Shown piece after piece: positions 14,167 to 25,764 of a stretch of 64,000 nt of DNA. Every line of letters begins with the position of its first letter. Positions within the stretch are counted from its first letter, which is position 1. Where the stretch lies: assembly GCA_964016885.1 (NCBI GenBank), contig OZ024743.1:290718001-290782000 (forward strand), read 5' to 3'. The notes under the pieces are model-generated. The model was not told the DNA's origin and did not search any database. It saw only the letters and a program-made list of their open reading frames with translations. Both the position numbers and the translations under genes were made by a program. The stretch comes from Eledone cirrhosa. Taxonomy: Eukaryota.

Positions 14167-15425
14167 TATAATCACGTACTCATACCCATGCACTCAACGC
14201 ACTAATAGATGCATACAATCGACTAAACAAAGAAAGAAAAACATATGTATAACCAAACAAATAAATGGCAATTGAATACATATTTATATCATTTTATACA
14301 GACACATGTCAAAATATTAGTATAAAAGAAATAAGTTTCCTAAGATCATAAATTGACAACTGTTGTAGTATAAATTCAACCCACTTCCAGGAAATTGTAT
14401 TTGAGTCATTCAACATATCTACATCGATACTGCATCCTATATAAACATAGTTTGCATCTTTAAATGCATAAAGATTAATAGGTAGATGTTAAACTTATAC
14501 TGAACATCAGTTATAAAGGACAATGCCAGGCATGTTTACTCCATTTATTTCTTTTCAACAATTAGCAATGTTTATAATGCGTCGACAACATTGGGTAAGT
14601 GGTCTGACAAGCAGTTTAAGTACCGCTGTGTACAACTAGGCAAGTCATTAATTCCAGAAGGATGAAGTAACCAACTATTCCAGGGATATGGATTGACGGA
14701 TTTATTTACGTAATTTATGCGCCATTTGTGTTTTTGCGTTTTGAGTTCATATTCCCACCTGACCCCACACAAGTTTTATACAGTATGCTTTAATCGAATA
14801 AACTTTACAAACTCGCACTTGCAGAACAATTTCCGGCGTTTACTCTGTTACAAGCATTCAATCTCCTCTCCTGTTTATCCATTTCTCCTTGCCATTATTC
14901 TCTGATTTAACAGCAGAGAAAAAAGAAACTCAATTACTCCACAATTAACTAGAACTGGTATTATATTATATAGGTACTTAAGCATAACCGCCGTAGACTT
15001 ACTCATACGTTCTTCCATCGGGCCCTGGTTTCAATATACCATGCCATCTTACCCAGGCATTTCCCCTATGTCACATGGCAAAACGCTCGACATGACGGGA
15101 CGAATGCTCCCCTATATCAAATCTGCAGCTCATATATTTCATTCTGTCAAGGTCATTCTGATTTGAAATTATTTTCTGTGCCACATTGACATATATTTCC
15201 TGCTCACATTTAGACATAAGTTAATTAAAGTTAATCAATAAACAATAAGACCAATATTATTTTCTTTATTTTCACATTTTTTTGTAATATAAGAAAAGTT
15301 AATATATGATCCGGACACGCAATCAGCATGAAATAAAACAGTAAAATTATTGTTTTGATACATAGAGTGCTTAATATAATTGTTCTAGCTTGAGAAAAAA
15401 AAGTGTTTATTAAAATATATATATG

Positions 15426-15461
<36 letters not shown>

Positions 15462-15604
15462 CATCGGAAAATAAAGAACAACAACGCAAAAGTACAAGTT
15501 ACAAATGGTATCAGGTTCACGCTTAGTGAGACCGGAGGGTGAGGGTGCGAAATTTCGGGCATAAGCCTTTCATTGGGAGAGTGGGATATATATATATATA
15601 TATA

Positions 15605-18490
15605 ACAAAGGAATTGTGGTAAGGAACCAGATGGACCATAACGCACCAGAGTACTCAATACTTAGGGTAGTAGAGTTTCGAAATAGGAAAAAGTATGACC
15701 CCTACGGCAGAGCTCAAGCCGTTTCGACGGTAATTTCTGGACTAAATTTGAATATTTAGCCTGGTGCATGAATAGCCGAACTGGTCAAGGGGGTACTTCC
15801 TTATATGGGAAGATTGTAGTTGTCAAGAGGATTGGTTAAAATTTGTTGTAAACACAAATAAGTCTATCATGGCATTTGGTGGGAGGTAGGAGTGACAGAA
15901 CTTGCCTGTAGAACAATGGGGGTGAGTGGAGCCGGTGAAGCGTTGAAAGTGATATCTATACAGCAGATTCTAAGGATCGTGTATAAAGTGGAGGAGGGAG
16001 GTTATAGAATAGGTAATTCGAATGAGAGAAGGAGACAATAAAAGATAATAGAAATAAATAAAAAAAATATACAGAATTAGATAGTGAGAAATTAATTTTT
16101 AAAAAAATGAGAATGCTATCTTACAATTACAGGTTAATAAGTTGAGAATAAAAAAAAATTGTAGAAATGGAGTAGTAACAAAACTGATACAAAATTAAAG
16201 GGGTCTAACACATCTGCTATAAGTAGTTAGTAAAAAGTATTCGGCCATTCTATCTTAAAATTGCAGAGGTGGGGGAACTGATGCTACAGAGGCCCGATGG
16301 GCTGCATCGGGGTAGGCGAAAGACGAAAAGCAGACTCAGAAGAAAATAGTGGGTGGAAGGAAATGATAGGATGAGACAGGGGGAAGAAGAAGACATAGAG
16401 GAAAATAAAAGAGATACATCTACCTATGTAAGCTGGTGTTTTCCATAAATTATTCGGCAAGTGGGGGGGTATGAGCCGTTGTCCACCCACTGGGGTCGTT
16501 ATGGGGTTTGAGGGCGAAGTAAATCCTATGCAATCTGTGTTTGCACGCGGTTAGCAGTTCGCCTTTCTTGGTTAGGAGTTGGTCCTTCGAAAACAGCATT
16601 TGTAATGTTTCCTCTGAGCATAAATTACACGGACGGGGTCCTCCCGTGTAAGAGTTAGCTCTGGACAGTAAGCTCCAACTGAGATTGTAGGTTATATTAT
16701 TATCTTGGAGGTTATCTGGAGGTTACCCTTAACCTAGAAAATGATCTGTACTACCCATACAGGAAACCAAACGACAACCTGCACTACATCCACCGCCGCT
16801 CTAACCATCCTAGAAATATCACCTATAACCTGGTTAAAAACATCTCCCTCCGCATATCTCGTTTGTCCGCTAATGAGCAGATATTCGACGAACACGCGCC
16901 CCATTACAACCAGGCCCTCAAGCGGAGTGGCTTCCGGGAGGAAATATCCTTTTATCAAGCTTCCCTTAGCGGAACAAGCAAGTTACACCGCAGCTACGCA
17001 ACTATCGTGGTTCAATCCTCCCCATAATGCCCAGGTGGCAACACCTATCGGGAAAATCTTCTTTAGGCTCCTCGAAAAACACCTCCCACTACAACACAGC
17101 TACCACAACATAATCAACAAAAACACCAGCAAACGCTTCTACCGCACCACACCTAACTTCGCACAAAACATCGTCTCCTCAAACAACAAAAAACTCAACC
17201 CTATGGAAGAAACAACCTAGACATCAGGGAGAGCCGAAGTTGTAACTGCCCTGATAGATCTACGTGCCCCCTCAACAACAAATGCCGAGAACGTAACCTG
17301 ATCTACCATTGCAACGTGAGGATGGACACCAACAAAGCTTTATAGGATTAACCGCGTGTGACTTCAAAACCTGGCTCTACCAACACTTTCTGAAACCCGG
17401 TCCGGCGACATGCCACTGCACTTTCGGGCCTCATATGTGACCTTCAAGATAATAATATAACCTACAATCTCACTTGGAGCTTACTGTCCAGAGCTAACTT
17501 TTATACGGGACGACGCCGTCCTTGTAACTTATGCTCGGAGGAAACATTACAAATTCTGTTTTCGAAGGACCAACTCCTAAACAAGAAAAGCGAACTGGTA
17601 ACCGCATGCAAACACAGATTGCGTAGGATTTACCTCACTCTCAAACTCCATAACGACCGGGTGGGTAGACAAGTGCTGATACCCCCCACCCACCCCACAC
17701 ACACACTTGCGAATAAGTTAGGGAAAACCCCAGCTTACATAGGTAGATGTATCTCTTTTCTTTTGCTCTATGTCTTCTTCCCCCTGTCTCATCCTATCAC
17801 CTCCTTCCACCCCTTATGTTCTTCCTCGTCTACTTTTTCCCCCTTCGCCTACCCCGATGCAGCCCATCGGGCCTCTGTAGCATCAGTTCCACCACTCCTG
17901 TAATTTTAAGATAGAATTGGCCGAATACGTTTCACTAACTACTTATAGCAGATGTGTTAGTCCCCTTTAATTTTGTATCAGTTTTGTTACTACTCCATTT
18001 CAACAATTTTTTTCTATTCTCAACCTATTAACCTTTAATTGTAAGATAGCATTGTCATTTCTTTAAAAATTAATTTCTCACTGTCTAATTCTATATATAT
18101 TTTTATTTCTTTCTATTATATTTTATTGTTTCCTACTCTCATTCAAATTACCTATTCTATAACCTCCCTCCTCCATTTCATACACTATCCTTTAGAATCT
18201 GCTGTATGCATATCATTTTCAACGCTTGACCGGCTCCACTAACCCCCCCCCCCCCTTGTTCTACAGGCAAGTTCAGCCACCCCTACCTCCCACCAAATGC
18301 CATGATAGACTTATTTGTGTTTACAACACATTTTAACCAATCCTCTTGACAACTACAATCTTCCCATATAAGGAAGTACCCCCTTGACAAGTTCGGCTAT
18401 TTATGCACCAGGCTAAAAATTCTAATTTAGTCCAGAAATAGACGTCTAAACGGCTTGAGCTCTGCCGTGGGGGTCATAGTTTTTTCCTAT
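15605..18490 (+). mobile_element. 5'-truncated Penelope-like element with an inverted upstream pseudo-LTR
   Basis: Body 16725-17640 encodes YRKPNDNLHYIHRRSNHP, WFNPPHN, CNC..CPLNNKC..NLIY and CNLCSEE..LLNKKSEL..CKH. 15683-16714 is an inverted copy of 17438-18490. Confidence 0.85.
15698..15794 (-). ncRNA. Hammerhead-like motif in the PLE pseudo-LTR (second copy 18378-18474, plus strand)
   Basis: ACCCC(C)-UUGACCA...GAAAC GGC uugagcucu GCC GUA GGGGU. Stems I and III pair well, but the CUGANGA core is altered. Confidence 0.5.
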
Positions 18491-18539
18491 ATATATATAT
18501 ATATATAACAGATAGGGTGCGGTAAAAATCAGCTAGATC

Positions 18540-20960
18540 TATCTAACACCACTAAACTCTCACCCTCACTTTATCTAATATACACTTATCTCTCAAAATT
18601 CCAGTCTCTATATCAATCGCCACCAAACACTCCTGCTCTCTATATCTACTACAGCAGCTGCAGAATCTAATAATAATTTCAATTTACATTGAAAAAAAGA
18701 TTATATATGACAAAAAACAGTATTACAAAAAAACCCATATTTACGAACGCAAACTATACAATTGTATGGACATGTCATCTCTTTTCCACCACATCATCTT
18801 ACGGGAGCCTTACTTTCATTCAACATAGCGGCGGAAGGCTGGAAGGGGTCCCGCAGCAGTCCCCGCACACGATGGCTGGATATTATTAGGGAGGATCTTC
18901 GGAGGCTCGACATTATCTTGGAGGATGCAGAGGAGCTGGCACGAGAGCACCAGCGATGGAGGGCTCAGGTTGACCTGGTCGGCTTTACGCTCGACGGTGC
19001 TATGACGTCGTTGTCTTAGGATAACTCCGGCGTTGTTCAGAAAGAAGACGAAGAAGGCACTATACAATTACCGATTCCCTTCACCCGCTTATAAGTATTT
19101 AAGTACATTTTCAATCCCCAAACCCCGATTATTCCAACCCTTCGTATTATTTGGGGTCAGATAGTACCACCAAACTCTACTCATCTCTATGTATATCATA
19201 CGAAACTCTCTATATCTACTACCCGACACTTTCTTTACATCTACAACCAACAAATAGTCTCCCAATCCCACTCTTTATATCAATCATCACCAAACTCTCC
19301 CCCACACCATTTCTAACACACGGCACTCTCCTTATGCCCTTCACTTTAACCATCACCAGAAAACCCTCCCCCTCTCTATACCCAATACAGAACATTTTAT
19401 CATAATACCCACAACACTCTCTATATCTATTATACAACGCACTCTCGTAATCGTTTTCTCTCTATCCATCAAAATCTACCCCATCTATATATTTTATGAC
19501 ACTGTCTCTCCCAATCCTCCTATCTCTATTTAGAAAGATTTATCTTCCACAAACTCTAATTATATCTACAAGCATTGAAATCTACTACAATACATTCTTT
19601 CCCAAGCCCCCTTCTCTATATCCATTAACATCAAATTCTCCTCCTCTATATATCTACTGCACAAAACGCTTATCCAATCCCACTCTTTATATCAATGAAC
19701 TCTCTATGTTAATAAACATTTAACTCTCTCCCTCTTTATATCTACCATACAATACTCTCCTTCAAAACTCCTCTTTATATCAATTACCTCAAGACCCCCC
19801 CCCCCCTTTCTATATATCTACTACACAAAACACTCTTTGAATCCCCCTTTCTATATCAATTAACACCAAACACTCCCACTCTCTAAATCTCCTACGGGGA
19901 GCTCTCTTACCACCCCCCTCACTACACCAATAAACATCAATCTCTACCCCTCTCTATATCTAGTATAGAACATATTCTCCCAAACTCTATCTCTATATCA
20001 ATTTTCAGCAAACACCCCCCTCTATACCAAGCATGCATCTCACTCTATTCATCACCAGTCAACTCTCAAATCTCCTCACTATATACATTAAAACCAGACC
20101 CCCATCTCTATATCTACCATGACACTGTCTCATTTATTCCCCTCTGTATATCTATCTACATTTATCTCCAAATCCCTCTCTTTATACCAATAACCACGAA
20201 ACTATCCCCCTATCTATATTTACCTTACAACACTCTAAATCCCCCTCTATATCAATTTACACAGAACCCCTCTCCCTCAAACCCACTCACTCCTCTCTCT
20301 CTCAATCCCAATCTCTAAATCAATCAGCAGTAAACTCTATACAACATTCTCTGTCAATACCAACCTCTATATCTACCAGACAACACACTTTCTCTATACA
20401 TATCTCTCATAGAAAACACTCTTATTATCCTCCTCTCTATATCTACCACACGGCATACTCTCATTATCCCTCTCTTAATATCCTTTAGTACTAATCTCTC
20501 CACCCCTATATCTACTACACGACACTCTCTATATCAATCAATACTCCACTTTCCAACTCTTTATCTCTACTAGACGATATTCCCGTCCAAATCCCACCCT
20601 CCCTATATTAATTACCACAACACTTTCCAACTCTCTGTACCTACCGTACAAAACACTCGTCAATCCCACTCTCAATAAACATTACCAAACGACTCTCCCC
20701 CTCTCTATATCTAACATAGAAAATTCGCTTTCAATACCGATCTCTATATCAATTAACACTTTACTCCCGCTCTCTCTATATCTGCTATATGGTACTCTCT
20801 ACGTATACCTCTCTATATTAATTAACACTAAACTCTACCACTATTTACATCTACCAGGGCACTGTCTCTCTCAAAAGCACTGTCTCTTTACCAATCACCA
20901 CAATACTCTCTCCGTCTATATTTCTACCATGATACAGTCTTCCCAATCGCCCTCACCCAG
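18540..20960. repeat. Degenerate pyrimidine-rich satellite (~30-35 bp subunits ctctctatatctac / ctctttatatcaat), interrupted by an RTE fragment
   Basis: Dozens of recurring ctct(c/t)tatatc(ta/aa) motifs, with strong G depletion on the plus strand. Confidence 0.8.
18775..19057 (+). mobile_element. RTE-clade LINE 3' fragment
   Basis: YGHV...SPRTRWLDIIREDL..AEELAREHQRWR, followed by a (GAA)-type tail. Confidence 0.7.
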
Positions 20961-21193
20961 TCAATTACTCTGGGCTCTTGAATAATCACCCTGCTCCCTT
21001 TATTAATTGTTCAGACCCCCCACAAAAAAAAATACATCCACCGCTTATTAAATTTTGCTAATCTATCTCCGTTGCGAAATTTAATTGTAAACAATTCATT
21101 CATGTATAACAGTTGGAGAACCTAATAATAATGTTATTACCGATTCCCCCTCCCCGCTTATTTCAACACCCACTGTTATTTGCGTCACGAGAG

Positions 21194-21235
<42 letters not shown>

Positions 21236-21238
<3 letters not shown>

Positions 21239-21690
21239 TGGCTGTGGAAGCATTTATGATTTGTTGGTGGGGGTGGGGTGGGGTGGGGCCCAAATCTGAT
21301 CATTTTAGTTGTAGTGATTAGTTTAGCATTTTGCACTTTAAATGATCAGAAAATGCAATTTGAGTCCAAGCAGGTCATATTTCATTTATAACTTTCAATA
21401 ATTTAAGGTGATTATAGCAAAATGACCTATGAAATGTGTCCCTCAATATACATACTAGCAATTTGCAAATAATGATATGTGAAGAAAAAGTTATTTACTA
21501 TGAAAGCTAACATAAAATATTATCAAATATCAAAAACTAAAAAAACTTTCAATATGCGCTAAACATAACATGTATTTAAATTGTAGTACATATATAAATA
21601 GATGTTTGTTTTGGTAGTTTGGGGATAAAAATATAATTATTAGTGGGGAAGGGTATGGCACTCATGGTCACACCAGTTCCATCACCTCTG
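21236..21690. mobile_element. hAT-like MITE
   Basis: Imperfect termini CAGTGGCTGTGGAAG / GTTCCATCACCTCTG; no coding capacity. Confidence 0.45.
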
Positions 21691-21716
21691 CACACACGCA
21701 CTCATATATGAGAGAG

Positions 21717-21767
<51 letters not shown>

Positions 21768-22149
21768 TTAATCACATAGAAGGATATAATACAATCTGAG
21801 ATTCGAAAGCCAAAATTGATAAATAAATACATACATTAAATATAAAACATACTTCTTAATTAGGCGTTTGTTTTTCTCCAAATACCATTCATCTATGTAG
21901 TATTATTTCACCCCTAACATGCTTTCTCAGTTGAAGAGCTTATGCCAGAGAGATCTGCCTGGCTTTCTCAGGCCTACTGAGATGCTGTGGCATCATCATA
22001 GATTTTAAATATATATAAAAAGAAAAACAACCTAAGAAGTCACTCGTGTGTGTGTTATACATAAACACTTTGTATATGCCTTCATATATATACCTATGAT
22101 ATGATACATATGACAGAAGCACTAGCTAAACAAATTAGATGTGTGATTA

Positions 22150-23076
22150 ATTTAATGTGGCTAGTACATATCTTGAATTCAAACCAAGAAACATAGTATA
22201 TACATTTTGAGGAGATGTTTCGACTCACTGTCGGGTGGAACTTCTGGTCCAGACATGGTGTATTCCAAAGATTTAGATAAACCTGGACGAAATTCAACAA
22301 GAAGGTTTACACAACTTGCAACAATGAAGTGCCTGATGATGTCCGCTCTACCATCCTTGGATTCTTTGAATACCACCTTTCTACGTAGGAAAAATAGCGA
22401 GATGATTACAGAGAATTGTTGTAGTTAAAGATGGTCTTTCTTGGCGGAATTCAGAAGAACGGGATATCGTTTCGTACACCAAGAGTTGTAAGTCAAAAGC
22501 AATTTATGCATTCGAGATATACCTGTTTCAAGATCCGATCCAGTTATCTCCTGCAGAGAAGAACTCTTTAAGATGAATATGTATTTTTTCTTATTCGAAT
22601 GTACATTCGACTCTTGTCATCAGAAGCAATTAAGGCACCTTATCATGATTTGCTATTCATGCGCCAACTGATGAATTATCATGATATTGATCCAGAAATC
22701 AGTAAGGCTGCTGCGAAGGTCTTTCCAACCATCTCTGGTACCTAGCTCCCGAAACTGTGACTCTTTCCATATTTGATTACAATATTCCAACAGAAGTTAA
22801 GGCAAATATTGCTCAGGTTATGCTGGAAGCAGAGAAAGGTGAAGAAAATGAAGAAACAGAAATCAATTGAAGGGGTACATTTTGCACCAAAATGAATTTT
22901 TTTCCTATACAAACACCTAGTTTTAGATTTTTGTTACTTTCTTCACGAGATTTTCTATCACCACCGATTTCCTCGACAAAGACGCTTCAAGATGGAAGGA
23001 TGATCCTGGTTACAAATGTGGACTTGAAAAACTTGAGAAGACAGTTGTGGTGAATGATGTTGCAGAAAGAGATGTC
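22150..23076 (+). pseudogene. DNA-transposase remnant (hAT/hATm-like)
   Basis: Frameshifted motifs GTSGPD, KAIYAFEIYLF, HLWYLAPETVTLSIFD and VVNDVAERDV. Truncated by the element starting at 23077. Confidence 0.6.
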
Positions 23077-23618
23077 GAGGCGTGTTTGCACAATTGCAAT
23101 CGAATCGAATGTTATTATTAATATTCGAAAAACTCAGATTACCTTTATTGTATTCAGCCCAGGTAGAGCGAACATTTTCTCTTATATTTGAATTTGGCAA
23201 AGCCGGCCATTTATCGGTCGTATACAGGAACTGACTGGTCAGTCTGCTGATATGCATATGTAGCTGATCATTGGATCTGCTAATATGCAGATATGACTGA
23301 TCAGCCAGTCTGCTAATATGCAAATCAGACCGATAAGTCACTGTGTATTTTTGAAAATAGAATATATTTTCACTAGCTCTGACAGTTTGGCAGGTGAACT
23401 GTGAGCTGTACTGATGAAGGGTGATGCCCAGAAACGTTAGTGTCTGCAGTTCTGTTTGCATTCCAACACAAGAGCAAGAATGAACGGCTCATTCTACTGA
23501 CACGGATATACAATTGAGGCTTGTTTGCATAATTGCAAACGAATCGAATGTTATTATTGATATTCCAAAAACTCAGATTACATTTATTGTATTCAGCCAT
23601 GTAGAGCGAACATTTTCT
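23077..23618 (+). mobile_element. Non-coding retrozyme-like element, family 1 (1.2-mer of a ~440 bp unit containing an HHR)
   Basis: ~100 bp direct repeats 23077-23180 / 23516-23618; HHR at 23403-23452; second copy at 30212-30713 on the minus strand. Confidence 0.8.
23403..23452 (+). ncRNA. Type I hammerhead ribozyme with intact core
   Basis: Stem I GAGCUGUA/UGCAGUUC; CUGAUGA; stem II GGGU gau GCCC; GAAA; stem III CG uuag UG; cleavage triplet GUC (predicted cut after 23444). Confidence 0.88.
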
Positions 23619-23769
23619 TTTATATATATGTATTAGAAAGTGAGGTCTTTTTTACAAAATAAAAAATAACCGACGTGTCCTACACGAGTGAAAGTATAAA
23701 GAAAACAAGATGAAATCGAAAATGCAACTGGAGTCTTATTTTATTTTAAAAAAATATATATATTTATTT

Positions 23770-24490
23770 GTTTCCTTTACCGGTTTCGCAGTTCTTCTGC
23801 TTTTCAAAAGTAGAGTTGAGATGGAGGGTCTGTGGTTTTTCTCACATCTGGTTGGTCTTTGAATGTTACTTATTTTATAGGGAAAAACTGGCTCGAAACG
23901 CCAGGTTTTTAGAGAAATAATTTGATTGGTTGGTCAATAGGTATAATAAATTTCGCGCCAGTTCGCGTTACAAAGTTCTTCAAACAAGGGGGCGGGGGGG
24001 GGGGGGGGCTCAGGTTGTTTTTTCACATATGAGTGTTTGACTTTCTTTTTACTTAAAAAAAGTGGCTGACGAAGGCTTTTTTAATAAATATAATTTGATT
24101 GGTTATAAATGAAATTATGCTGTCACGTGAACCATTTCATTAAATTTCGCACCCGTATTTGGAAATTTATTTTGGAGATTTTTAGAGAATTTTATGACAA
24201 ACAAAAGATAATGGTCATGAGAAATGGGATGGGAGAATTGTTCTGGTTGAGTGAATATAGTAGGTTGTTTTTTCATATATGATCGAAGTTTGGTTGGTTG
24301 ATGTAGTCACGTGAATATGTAAATCAGCTTTCGCGTAAGTTTGTTTGAATTTCTTTTTACATTAAAAAAGTGGCTCACGAAGGCTTTTTTTAAATAAATG
24401 TAATTTGATTGGTTATAAATGAAATTATAACTGTCACGTGAACAACTTCATTAAATTTCGCGCCCGTATTTGGGAATTTATTTTGTAGCC
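23770..24490 (-). mobile_element. PLE 3' UTR/pseudo-LTR-like sequence with an internal ~140 bp duplication
   Basis: Reverse-complement similarity to 28880-29160; 24040-24180 is repeated at 24350-24485; HHR-like motif at 23775-23810. Confidence 0.55.
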
Positions 24491-24510
24491 TTATATATAT
24501 ATATATATAA

Positions 24511-25709
24511 TACTAGTATATTAACCCGGCGTTGTTCGGGGTTTGAAATTATGCTAAGAATATACAGCAGAACATTATTTGTCCCCAACCTATCAAAATA
24601 AGCAGAAATCTTCAATAATTAATCCAAACGAAACATCATCATCATCATCGTCGTCGTTTAACGTCCATCGTCCACCAAAGCATGGATTTGGACGAGAATT
24701 TTCCCACTTGACGCAAGATTGGTTGTCTTGCTCGTATGGGACTGTCTGGCGGGTTTTCTACGGCTGGATGCCCTTCCTAACACCAACCACGTTTACAGTG
24801 TGGACTGGCAGGTTTTTACTATGTTACCTACACGGCCACATTACAGCGTCGGCTGTGTGTTTTTTTTTTGTGGTGACACCTACACGACCTCATTTATTTC
24901 GGACTGGATGTTGAGGTACCAACATAACTTTACATCGAAAGGGGTGGTGTGGATGGGGTGGGGATAGTGGGACGGGGGTGTATTTTGGTAAGAGGTGCCT
25001 ACTGACTGTAGGTTTCGCTTTGCACTTAGGCAAGGCGGGTCTTCTGTTTTACTGCGTAGCGCCAAAGATCTCGGTCCAGTGACATTGTCTTGGTTAGGTG
25101 TAAGTGTGTGAGGTCGGAATTTATCAAGTCGTTCCAGGTTTTTCTGGGTCTGCCTACTCCGTGGATGCCGTCTATTGTCATCGCCCTGCACTCTTTTATA
25201 CAGCTGTCTGCTTTCATGCGCATCACGTGACCATACCAACGTAGTCTTCTCTCGAGTAAACAGCATTTGATCCCTCTTATTCCTAATTTCTCACTTAGTT
25301 CATTCATGCTTTGCCGTTCAGGTATATTACTATTACACATCCGAATATTTAGTGCAATCTGTGTACACATAAAACTATGTTGATAATGAAGGAAAACACT
25401 GAACAGGATGTAGTTATACAAATGATTAATAAGGATTATCAATAAAATTGGTTATCTCCCTTTTTCTATAAGGATCGTCAATAAAATTGGTTATCTCCAT
25501 TACATCAATTGTGCTACCTATAATTTTGATATCGATTTTTTATTGCTCAACGTGGGTCAATCGGAAAAAATGTGTGTGATGTGAACATACTAGCGCCCTG
25601 TGCAACGTGCACAGAACATTTGGTCAAATTCGGTTGGTAATTGTAAAAGCCTTAGGTATCCAAAATTGTACACGGACACACACACATCCTCGCTATTATA
25701 TATATAAAG

Positions 25710-25712
<3 letters not shown>
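24511..25712. mobile_element. Non-autonomous Helitron-like element interrupted by an RTE
   Basis: ACTAG plus a CCCGGCGTTGTTCGGG hairpin at one end, and acggacacacacacat..tattatatatataaagat at the other. Confidence 0.4.
24634..25345 (-). mobile_element. RTE-clade LINE 3' fragment with 3' UTR and (TGA)n tail
   Basis: ERRLRWYGHVMRM...GVGRPRKTWNDLI..DRDLWR; the tail reads catcatcatcat on the plus strand. Confidence 0.85.

Positions 25713-25764
<52 letters not shown>

Noticed and set aside
14572-14905. Short ORFs in apparently unique sequence (also 11239, 35119)
   Set aside because: No recognisable domain or splice structure.
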